This document shows, in pieces, positions 29,031 to 37,790 of a stretch of DNA of 64,000 nt; within the stretch, counting starts at the first letter, position 1, and each line of letters starts with the position of its first letter. The position numbers and the translations under genes were made by a program. The notes under the pieces are model-generated. The model was not told the origin of the DNA. It saw nothing but the letters and a program-made list of their open reading frames with translations, and did no database searches. The DNA lies in assembly GCA_965208575.1 (NCBI GenBank), contig CBDBOV010000006.1:96001-160000 (forward strand), read 5' to 3'. The stretch is from Spirochaetia bacterium (GTDB taxonomy: Bacteria > Spirochaetota > Spirochaetia > SZUA-6 > Bin103).

Positions 29031-29296
29031 AGGTACATCAAGCCACTCCCTACAGCGTCGTAGACAATCTCCCGGTGACGAAGGGACTCAACTTGCGGAG
29101 CAACCTCGACGATGGACGTGCTGACGAATACCTGCCGTTCTCCCTCCATGATTTCGTCTTCAACCAGTTCGTGTTGTGTTCTACGAGATCAACAAGATCA
29201 TCATGAGGGACCAGATACCAAGTTTCATCCACCGGGAAGTTCATGAACAAGCCACGACCAACATACTTCTTATCGATGGTGACACGCCCCTTTAGC

Positions 29297-31273
29297 CCGA
29301 AGTTCCAGAGCGGGAATCTTGTTAATTCGTTATTGATCTGAAAATTGCGCTCAACAGCCGATGTCCGTTACTGGCTACACTTGGGCGCTGACCTCCAGGA
29401 GATCGAAACAGCGCTGCTGCAGCGCGGTCGGTTCGCTGTGCATGGTGAACGTGGCGCCGCTATCCACTATCCGCACGCGGTTGGCCGTCAGCGTCCCCAA
29501 CTCGCTCATCAGGCTGCGAAAGCTGTGCACCGGCAGACCGTCGTCGGTACGCTTGCTCGCCGCCTTCCGGTGTGCGGCCGGTGAGCGTTCCGCCGGTTGC
29601 ACCACCGACTCGCGCAGCGCCTCGCCGGCGGCGCGGTCGTGGTCGTCGAACAGCACCGGCGCCAGCTTGCTGCGCATGTGCCACTCCACGTAGTAGGCCA
29701 GCATGCACAGGAACACGTGCGCCCGCACCCGGTCAGCACTGCGGTGATAGATCGGTCGCACCTTCAGATCCACCGTTTTCATGCTGCGGAAGGCGCGCTC
29801 CACCTTGGCCAGATCCTTGTACGCCGTCACCGTCTGCTCGGCGTCGAACAGCTCCGGCTCCACGTTGGAGCGCACGATGTAGAGCCCGTCCAGTTCTTCC
29901 TCGGCCGCGATCTTGTCCAGGTCACGCACGAACGAGAACGAGTCGTCGGTGATGGTGGTGGTGAAATGCTTGCCCACCTTGTAGTGGTTGATCACCTTGC
30001 CCACCCGCAGGCCGATCGCGGCGGCGCCGCGCAGCGGCTTTTTGGCGCGCTGCGTGGCCGTCACGATCGGCGTCAGTTCCTCCTCCGTGGAGGCCAGCAA
30101 CTTCTGCCTCTTGCGCTGCCGTTGCTCGGCCAGGATCGGGTTGCGGCACACGATCAGCCGCTCGCCGGGGAACTCGGGTGAGCTGATCTCCGCCAGGTCA
30201 CGCTCGTCGAACATGGTCTGCGCCACTTCGCCGGCCTCGATCAGCTTGCGGATGGTGGGCGCCCGCAGGGTCGTGATCCAGCGCAGGCCGTCGATCCCCT
30301 GCAGGTCCTCGCGGATGCGCGCGCCGGTGAGCATGCCGCGGTCGCCGACCAGCACGACGCGCTGCAAGCCGAAACGGTTGCGAATCTTGTCGACCTGAGC
30401 GGCGACCGTCTTGGGGTCACTGGTGGAGCCCTCGAATACCTCGACGGCGATGGGACAGCCGTCTGCGGTACACAGCAGGCCGAACACGATCTGCAAGGTG
30501 CCGCGTTTGCCGTCGCGGCTGTGACCACGGCGCGCCAACGGGCAGGTGTGGCCATGGAAGTAACTGGAAGTCAGGTCGTACAACATGAGCGTGTTGTCAT
30601 GCAGATGGCGCTTGGCCAAGCGCTGCTCGATGCCGTGCTGGCGAGCGAGCAGCCAATCCATGGCGGCATACAGCTCATTCTCGTCGACGGCTCCCAACTG
30701 CAGCAGGTGGCCGAGGGAGGAGACGGCGCTTTCGGGGTTGAGGCCGCGAGCGGTGGCGAGTTTGGAGCGAGCGTCGACGACGCGAGCGACGATCATGGCG
30801 ACGACCAGGTCGCGTTCACGGGAGGCGGGACGAGCGACGAGGGAATGGAGGGAGAGCTTGCGGAGGGAACCGAGGACGGCGGCGACGTGGCCGTGGGGAT
30901 AGCTGCGCAAGATGGAGAGCAGTTCGTTGGGAGAGCGCAGAGCGATACCGCCGTTGAGGAGGACGCGCAAACCCTCGACGAGGTGATCGGGCCACTTGGA
31001 GAGGTTGGCGATGGTGCGTTTTTTGACCTTGCCGTGCTGGCGGAAGGACTCGCGGAGGAGGACGGCCGGGGGAGAGTTGCGGTTGGGGACGGTGTCGATG
31101 TACATGGGCACCCTACGGAGGGAATGGTAGATCATTTAATAATTACATGTCAACCAGATGAGAGAAAATTAACGCTGAACCACAGGACTATTTACATGGA
31201 CACGATTTACACCCATGAACACGCTAATTCCTGTAATAGGAAACAGTTACAAGAACGGCCTCTCAAACCTCGG
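29297..31273 (-). mobile_element. IS1634-family element B (1977 bp)
   Basis: IRs CCGAAGTTCCAGAG / CCGAGGTTTGAGAG; 6-bp TSD TTTAGC at 29291-29296 and 31274-31279. Confidence 0.92.
29375..31105 (-). CDS. IS1634-family transposase
   Basis: LLRESFR, LYDLTSSY, GHSRDGK, VGDRGM, VERAFRSMK, RVRAHV. Confidence 0.92.
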   Translation of the reverse strand: MYIDTVPNRNSPPAVLLRESFRQHGKVKKRTIANLSKWPDHLVEGLRVLLNGGIALRSPNELLSILRSYPHGHVAAVLGSLRKLSLHSLVARPASRERDLVVAMIVARVVDARSKLATARGLNPESAVSSLGHLLQLGAVDENELYAAMDWLLARQHGIEQRLAKRHLHDNTLMLYDLTSSYFHGHTCPLARRGHSRDGKRGTLQIVFGLLCTADGCPIAVEVFEGSTSDPKTVAAQVDKIRNRFGLQRVVLVGDRGMLTGARIREDLQGIDGLRWITTLRAPTIRKLIEAGEVAQTMFDERDLAEISSPEFPGERLIVCRNPILAEQRQRKRQKLLASTEEELTPIVTATQRAKKPLRGAAAIGLRVGKVINHYKVGKHFTTTITDDSFSFVRDLDKIAAEEELDGLYIVRSNVEPELFDAEQTVTAYKDLAKVERAFRSMKTVDLKVRPIYHRSADRVRAHVFLCMLAYYVEWHMRSKLAPVLFDDHDRAAGEALRESVVQPAERSPAAHRKAASKRTDDGLPVHSFRSLMSELGTLTANRVRIVDSGATFTMHSEPTALQQRCFDLLEVSAQV

Positions 31274-31736
31274 TTTAGCTGGACCCGCAATGTCTGATCT
31301 CCATCTATGTGATAGGCGAGAAAGTCAGCACCCTGCCAATCATCGTTCAACTTGATGCAGTTGAAACCATATTCAGCTAGCGTGAGTTTCCTAGTTATTG
31401 CGGGTGGCTTGCAGTCTGAGTAGATAAGTCATTTTAGGATAGCAAGTTACTCGCTATCCTGTCGGACGGGGCTTGTATACACTGACCGTGGTGCTGTCAG
31501 GGATGGGCGTGTCGGTATACGTCAAGTAGGCGGCACAGTTTGTCTTGCAGGGACGACCGTTCAGAGAGCACGTATTGAGCCCGGTAGCGCCCTCTGGTGG
31601 CCGGCTCAGGCGCGGCGTAGAGGTTGACCACTTCGGTCACGCCGCTGAGTTCCGTCAGTAGTTGCTCGATGGTAAGGAGTGGAGTTGCCCCACTTTCGTG
31701 GACACATTAGGAGTGAGGCGGAATGAGGAGGCAACG

Positions 31737-32051
31737 ATGCCGAAGACACATCGACCATACGCGCCTGAGTTTCGCCAGCAGATGGTCGAGCTGGTGCAGT
31801 CTGGGCGCACGCCCGAGGAGTTGGCGCTGGAGTACGAGCCGTCTGCGGGCGCGATCCGCAACTGGGTGGCGCAGCAGGAGCGGGACGCTGGACGCCGCGA
31901 GGACGGGTTGAGCAGCGATGAACGCCAGGAGCTGCGCCGACTGCGGCGAGAGAACAAGCAACTGCGGATCGAGCGTGACATCCTAAAAAAAGCAGCGGCC
32001 TGGTTCGCACGGGAGAGCGACTCGATCCCCGAGCGGGGTTCGAGTTCGTGA
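31737..32051 (+). CDS. IS3 OrfA (HTH)
   Basis: YAPEFRQQMVELV, ELRRLRRENKQLRIERDILKKA. Confidence 0.9.
   Translation: MPKTHRPYAPEFRQQMVELVQSGRTPEELALEYEPSAGAIRNWVAQQERDAGRREDGLSSDERQELRRLRRENKQLRIERDILKKAAAWFARESDSIPERGSSS
31985..31992 (+). promoter_or_regulatory. Programmed -1 frameshift site (A7G) for OrfAB
   Basis: CTAAAAAAAGCA at the LKKA motif, standard IS3 position. Confidence 0.8.
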
Positions 32052-32899
32052 AAGCCAACCAGGCGCGCTGGCCGGTACGCACGATATGTCGAGTGCTGGG
32101 TCTCTCCGCCAGCGGCTACTATGCGTGGGTGCACCGCGAGCCGTCGGCGCGAGAGCGGCGCGACAAACAGTTGCGGGAACGTATCACGACGATATGGAGA
32201 GCCAACCGCGAGGTGTATGGTCGGCCGCGCATCCACGCCGAGTTGCAGGCTGAGAACGAGCGAGTCGGGCACAAGCGGGTGGCGCGGCTGATGAAGCAGG
32301 CCGGCATCGAAGGGGCCAGTCGCCGCCGCGGGCCCAGGACCACAACGCGTGGCGCGGCGACCCGACCGGCGCCAGACTTGGTGGATCGGAACTTCACCGC
32401 GGCCGGGGCCGACCAATTGTGGGTGGCCGACATTACGTACGTGCCGACGTGGGCGGGGTTTCTGTACTTGGCGGTGGTGCTGGATACCTGGAGCCGCCGG
32501 GTAGTGGGCTGGTCGATGGCCGGTCATCTGCGCACGGAACTGGTGCTGGAGGCGCTGGACATGGCGCTCTGGCAGCGGCGACCCGAGCAGGTGATCCACC
32601 ACAGCGACCAGGGCTCGCAGTACACCTCGATTGCGTTCGGGGTACGCTGCAAAGAGGCCGGCGTGCGTCCGTCGATGGGCTCGGTGGGCGATGCATACGA
32701 CAATGCGATGTGCGAAAGTTTCTTCGCGACCCTGGAGTGCGAGTTGCTGGATCGGAGCCGATTTCGCAGCCGTGCCGAGGCGCGCTTGGCAATATTCGAG
32801 TTCATCGAGGGGTTCTACAACCGTCGCCGGCGTCACTCGGCGCTGGGCTACCAGTCGCCGGTCGCGTTCGAGGCCACTCGGACAGGAGCGGCAGCATGA
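32048..32899 (+). CDS. IS3 OrfB (DDE integrase core)
   Basis: WVADITY, HHSDQGSQY, DNAMCESFF, RRHSALGY. Confidence 0.94.
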   Translation: MKANQARWPVRTICRVLGLSASGYYAWVHREPSARERRDKQLRERITTIWRANREVYGRPRIHAELQAENERVGHKRVARLMKQAGIEGASRRRGPRTTTRGAATRPAPDLVDRNFTAAGADQLWVADITYVPTWAGFLYLAVVLDTWSRRVVGWSMAGHLRTELVLEALDMALWQRRPEQVIHHSDQGSQYTSIAFGVRCKEAGVRPSMGSVGDAYDNAMCESFFATLECELLDRSRFRSRAEARLAIFEFIEGFYNRRRRHSALGYQSPVAFEATRTGAAA

Positions 32900-33069
32900 G
32901 CATCGTCGTGGTGCCGATGCTGGCGCTCGGCCCCCTCCAGGGACAATATTCGTCGGCAATTGGCCCTCTCCGGACCGCTTGGCGTCCGAGTCGGCTGCAC
33001 GCGCCGACCGGCGTCGCGGTGAGCACGCAGCGCAGCGGGGATGCAGCGTCTGAGGTGCTGGACCAGGAG

Positions 33070-33083
33070 CCGTTACGTAACGG
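33070..33083. promoter_or_regulatory. Perfect 14-bp palindrome upstream of passenger gene (putative operator)
   Basis: CCGTTACGTAACGG, 12 nt before ATG 33096. Confidence 0.5.
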
Positions 33084-33095
33084 TGATCAGTGCCC

Positions 33096-33383
33096 ATGGC
33101 GTTGACCAATGCGCAACGCCAACGGCGCTATCGAGCGCGGCGCAAGGCGCAGCAGCCGCGAGCGCAGTACCGCCGACCGCACGACCGGCGCTCCCGACCG
33201 CAGCGCTGGCAGGATGCGGTGCGCACCCTGCTCGACCTCCAGGGAGAGTATCAAGCGTGGCTCGACAACCTGCCCGAGGCGCTCCAGGAGACCGCGCTCG
33301 GCGACAAGCTGGAGGCGATTTGCGCGCTTGATCTTGGTGCTCTGGAGAGCGTCGAGCCGCCACGCGGGTATGGGCGCGACTGA
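33096..33383 (+). CDS. Hypothetical passenger protein (basic N-terminus, helical C-terminus)
   Basis: MALTNAQRQRRYRARRK...; 95 aa, inside the IS3 IRs. Confidence 0.7.
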   Translation: MALTNAQRQRRYRARRKAQQPRAQYRRPHDRRSRPQRWQDAVRTLLDLQGEYQAWLDNLPEALQETALGDKLEAICALDLGALESVEPPRGYGRD

Positions 33384-35879
33384 GGCAACCTGCTGCCGAC
33401 CCGTTGCGACGGCTGCATAGTTTCCAAGCGGCGCACCGCTCGCGGGTCCGTCCCCACACGGGCGCCCCGGACCGGCTCGACCGCGCCGCTCCCGGCGGCT
33501 GCAGCCCCACCCGGGCCGACATCTTGCCGGTGCGGCGCGAACTGGCGCTCTCAGCGGCCCTGTAAGGCCGCTCCTCGCGAGCAGGTGGTCCCGGATACCC
33601 TTGCTGAACCCCGAATCCTCCCTCAGGCGCTCCGTTTCGACTCCCGGCACCCGCTGTCCATGCCGCCAGCACTGATCACGGTCGTGCGATCTCCTGACCG
33701 CGCACACCGGCGCCGCTCACGGCCATCCACACCGCCACCACCCCCAGCTTGATGCGGACTTGTCCACATATCCACAGGCAAATCCCACCCCTCCCCCGGA
33801 CCCCCACCCCCTTTACCGCCACCGTTTATTTGCCGTGGAATCTCGGGAGGCGTCGTGTCGTGGGGGTCGTGGAGGCGCGGGTTGACAACCAACCGAATAC
33901 ACCTCAACCTACCATGCACTACCCCGCCACCTCAGTAGTTACCTGTCCACCGAAACGGGGCACCCTCAGGAGTTGTCCGCCGTCGGCCGCCTTGCGTTGC
34001 AGCAGCGAACTCAGCAGCAGTGCCAACACACAATAGAACACGTGTACGCGCAGCTTCTGATCGGTCCAGTGGAAGGTCGGCGAGAAGCTCACCCAGTGGG
34101 GATTCTTCATCTGCTTGAACGCCCGCTCCACGTGATGTTGAGCGCGGCTGGCCAAGATGATCTCCTGGTCGCTCCACGACTCGTTGTCGGTGCACAGGAT
34201 GCGTTTGCCCAAGCGCCGGCGTTGCAAGCGCTGGTACGCTGCCCAATCGGTGCGAAATCGAAAACTGAGCACGCCGTCGGATTCGCTGATCTGAACCTTG
34301 AGAATCTGCTTTACGTACTGACCCGAGGTGATCGTGTCGAAATGCTTCTGCAAGGATGCTCTGCTGTAGCCTTTGCCCTTTGCTCCCGGTAGCTGGCTGC
34401 GCGCCAGCTTGCTGCGCAAGGCGCGCAACGCAGCGCGCTTCTTGCGCAACGCGTGGTTGATCCCAGCCAGCTGCCCGTCCAGCAACCGGCGACTGTTGGT
34501 GACCACCACGGTGCGGCGCTCACCCCAGATCACCTTGTCGCTGCGGTAAGCGGTCACCCCGGCCAGCCGTGGGTCAGTGAAGGAGTGAAACCTGCCGGCG
34601 GGAACCGCCAGCAGATCCTCGTGCTGAGTCACGGTCAAGGAGGTGACGAAATGGTATGGGCCGGCTTGCAGCGCCTCGATATTCGCTCTCGAGGTGTTGC
34701 CGCCATCGAACACCAGCGTGACATCTTCGCAGTCCTGGGCCAACTGCTTGCAGCGGCTGATCAGCGTCTCGATCAAGCTCGAGAACATCGCGGCGTCATT
34801 CTGATTTCCCGGATACGGGTGTGAGAGCAGCGGAATGTGGTAGTCGCAGCTTACCAGGAGTGCCAAGCCCAGGATCCGCAGATCGGCGCGTTTGCTTTTC
34901 GCGTGGCCACGTTGTGCCAGTGCACTGACGGTGCGACTGTCGATGAACGTATCGAAGTTGGTCGCATCGAAGATGAGCGGTCGCAGATCGATCCGGTAGT
35001 GGTCGATCACCCGCTGCGCCAGTTGTTGCTCAATCGCGCCGATGGCAGCGCTGTCGAGCATGTTCATGTGATCCCAGAATCGCTGACTGGCGAGCGAGCG
35101 CTGTGCAGCGGGGAGCAGCCGATTCAACACCGTGCGTCGATACCACTGGTACAGAGAAGCCTTGCTGGAGGCGGCCACACAACGGTTCAGCGCCGCCACC
35201 AGCAGATACTGTCCGCAGGACAGTCCTTGGTCTCGCTTGGGGACCTGGGTATCGATAAGGCCCACCACATCCAACTCTTGGGCGATCTGCCAGAGCGCGG
35301 CCAACGCACCGAACTGAATGACCTTCGCCTTTGCCGGTCGGGTGGGAGCCTCACGGAGGCGCTGGAGCAACTTCTCTGCGCTGCCGAGATGTTCGAGGAC
35401 GATGGGACGTGGTTTGCCGTTGACGCGTCTGGACTCGACGATCTGCCAGTAGGTGTGCCCGCGGGAGACCTTTTTCTGGAGGGTGGCCACTGCAATCAGT
35501 GTATACACTTAGTACGGAGACAGTCAAGGAGAACCGGCATGAGTGGGTCGGAAGGATCGAAGAGGGGATACTTCGAGTAGTATTGAGGAAGCTGTCCGGC
35601 ACGGCGCTCGATATATTCAGTGTATACACTGATCCTCTCAAGAGGAGAGTCCACTTCCGTGAACCTATCTTGTTTCATGGTAACAACTTATCTGGATGAA
35701 CCAGAGAATCCCGCGGTCAAATCAACGGGATAAGTAGGAAGGTCAGGCTAGAATAGCTGCTGACCTCTGGAAGTTGAAGGTCTCCTTCTGCCGAGCATTG
35801 AGCTTGCGGTAACAGATGCGCTTCAGAGCGATTGACATACTGACTCCATTGTTCGTACGGTTGCCGCGTGAGGCGGTCT

Positions 35880-36245
35880 TGGTTCCTTGGACAGGTCAAG
35901 GGGCAGGTTAAGGTAGAATCAGTCCGTTGTCAGCCTGCCCGGCCGTGTCTGAATAACAGGCGGCGGTCGTTATAGTAGTCGATCCATTCCGCGATCACCC
36001 AGTGCGCCTCGAAGCCGTCGGCCAGCTCGTGCAAGTACACCGCCTCATACTTCAGCGACCGCCACAGGCGTTCGATGAAGGCGTTGTCCAAGCACCGACC
36101 GCGACCGTCCATCGAGCACCGCATGCCGGCGTCCTGCAGCGTGGCCGTGAACGCGATGCTGGTGAACTGGCTGCTCTGATCAGTGTTGAACATCTCCGCG
36201 CCGCCGAAGCACTCCAGCGCCTCGGTCAACGCCTGCAGGCAGAAC
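35880..36245 (-). pseudogene. IS3-family transposase C-terminal remnant (different element)
   Basis: FNTDQSSQFTS, SMDGRGRCLDNAFIERLWRSLKYE. Confidence 0.85.
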
Positions 36246-36438
36246 TCGGTGATGAGCCGCCACGCTTTACCGCTGATCGACCTGTACGGATTTACGTGTT
36301 CTCAGGGGTCCGGATCTGTACGCCGATCATGTACACTCTCATCGGCATATTCAGGCGCGGCAGGCCGCCTTCATCGCTGGCTGGCTGTGCGCCCGCCACG
36401 GCGCCGCCATACCGAGACACCGCGCACAAGGGAGTTGA
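36243..36438 (+). pseudogene. Second, diverged SGNH hydrolase 3' fragment
   Basis: NSVMSRHALPLIDLYGFTCSQG, frameshift, DLYADHVHSHRHIQARQAAFIAGW; aligns to about 28875-29015; stop 4 nt before next gene. Confidence 0.65.
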
Positions 36439-36442
36439 GTGA

Positions 36443-37630
36443 GTGATTGATTCGCAGGCGCAGGTGCCGATTCGGGCCATCACGAAGGGGCCCGGTTACC
36501 ACTGGTTCGGGTACTACGACAAGCTGCAGTTCGACCCCGGCTCGCGCTACGTGCTGGCCATGGCGGTCGACTTCGAGCATCGCGCGCCGCGGCCCGGTGA
36601 CGAAATACGGATCGGCATGATCGACCTTGCGGACGGTGACGCGTGGTTGCCGCTCGGCACTACCACGGCGTGGTGCTGGCAGCAGGGCTGCATGCTGCAA
36701 TGGCTGCCCGGGTCGGCGAGCGAGGTGATCTGGAACGAACGCGCCGGCGACCGCTACGTGGCGCGCATCACCGACACCGCCACCGGCGCCAGCCGCACGG
36801 TGCCGGCGCCCGTGTACGCGCTCTCACCGGATGGCCGCAGCGCCGTCGGCCCCGACTTCCGCCGCCTCAACGACATGCGCCCCGGCTACGGCTACGAGGG
36901 CATCCCCGACCCGTGCGCGGACCAGCGCGCCCCCGAGCAGTCGGGCATCCACACCGTCGACCTGGACACCGGCGAGACCCGCCAGATCATCTCGGTGGCC
37001 GACGCCGCCTCCGTCCCCTACCCGCACGCCGACCTGTCGCAGGCCAAGCACTACTTCAACCACCTGCTGTTCAACCCCGACGGTTCGCGCTTCATCTTCC
37101 TGCACCGCTGGCGCACGCCCGGCGTGCCGGGCATGCGCACGCGCATGTTCACGGCCAACGCCGACGGCTCCGATCTGCACGTGGTGGACGACTACGGCGG
37201 CATGTCGCACTTCATCTGGCGCGACCCCGAGACCATCCTGGCGTGGTCGTGGCAGCCCTCCCACGAGGGCGCGTTCTACGTGTACCGCGACCGCACCGAC
37301 CGGGTGGAGGTGATCGGCACTCACGCCATGACCCTGAACGGCCACTGCACCTACCTGAGCGACCCGGACTGGATTCTCAACGACACCTACCCGCGCGAAG
37401 GGACGCGCACCCAGGAGCTGTACCTGTACCACGTGCCCACCGGCACCCGCGTCGAGCTCGGCGGCTTCCACGCCCCGGAGGCGTACCGGCACGAGTCGCG
37501 CTGCGACCTGCACCCGCGCTCCGACCCGAGCGGCCGCCTGGTCACCATCGACTCCGCCCACGCCGGCGGCCGCCAGCTCTACCTGCTCGACATCGCCGCG
37601 GTCACCGCGTCCATCGCCGAGCCGGGTTGA
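36443..37630 (+). CDS. Beta-propeller protein, oligogalacturonate lyase/TolB-like
   Basis: HWFGYYDK, HYFNHLLFNPDGSRFIFLHRW, RCDLHPR. Confidence 0.7.
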   Translation: MIDSQAQVPIRAITKGPGYHWFGYYDKLQFDPGSRYVLAMAVDFEHRAPRPGDEIRIGMIDLADGDAWLPLGTTTAWCWQQGCMLQWLPGSASEVIWNERAGDRYVARITDTATGASRTVPAPVYALSPDGRSAVGPDFRRLNDMRPGYGYEGIPDPCADQRAPEQSGIHTVDLDTGETRQIISVADAASVPYPHADLSQAKHYFNHLLFNPDGSRFIFLHRWRTPGVPGMRTRMFTANADGSDLHVVDDYGGMSHFIWRDPETILAWSWQPSHEGAFYVYRDRTDRVEVIGTHAMTLNGHCTYLSDPDWILNDTYPREGTRTQELYLYHVPTGTRVELGGFHAPEAYRHESRCDLHPRSDPSGRLVTIDSAHAGGRQLYLLDIAAVTASIAEPG

Positions 37631-37790
37631 CGTTAATTCTCAGAGGGCAAAATCCGGAATTTGACGGGTAGGAGCCGCGCGAATCCCGGTCCGGTCCCGA
37701 GGAGCGAATCGCGGGCGAGCCGGAGAGCCATGACGGCTCGACGCCGTTCGAATTCGGACTGCACTTCGACCCGGCGCCCGACGGAGTGAG

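Larger units (their letters stand above)
31680..33968 (+). mobile_element. IS3-family element with passenger DNA (2289 bp)
   Basis: TG...CA ends; IRs TGGAGTTGCCCCACTTTCGTGGACA / TGAGGGTGCCCCGTTTCGGTGGACA; 4-bp TSD GGAG (31676-31679, 33969-33972). Confidence 0.92.
31497..35490 (-). pseudogene. IS1634-A transposase disrupted near its 3' end
   Basis: Translation identical to copies 1 and 3 up to GGQLL; remainder resumes below 31679. Confidence 0.9.
31381..35747 (-). mobile_element. IS1634-family element A, copy 2, interrupted by an IS3-family element
   Basis: CTAG at 31377-31380 and 35748-35751; length 4367 = 2074 + 2289 + 4. Confidence 0.93.
29050..35838 (-). pseudogene. PD-(D/E)XK-like nuclease gene (about 145 aa) broken into three pieces by IS insertions
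   Basis: Pieces 35748-35838, 31274-31380 and 29050-29296 rejoin in frame: MSIALKRICYRKLNARQKETFNFQRSAAILAEYGFNCIKLNDDWQGADFLAYHIDGDQTLRVQLKGRVTIDKKY... Confidence 0.8.

Noticed and set aside
37660-37790. tRNA-like words (GAATCCCGG, GTTCGAAT)
   Set aside because: No cloverleaf or CCA end could be built
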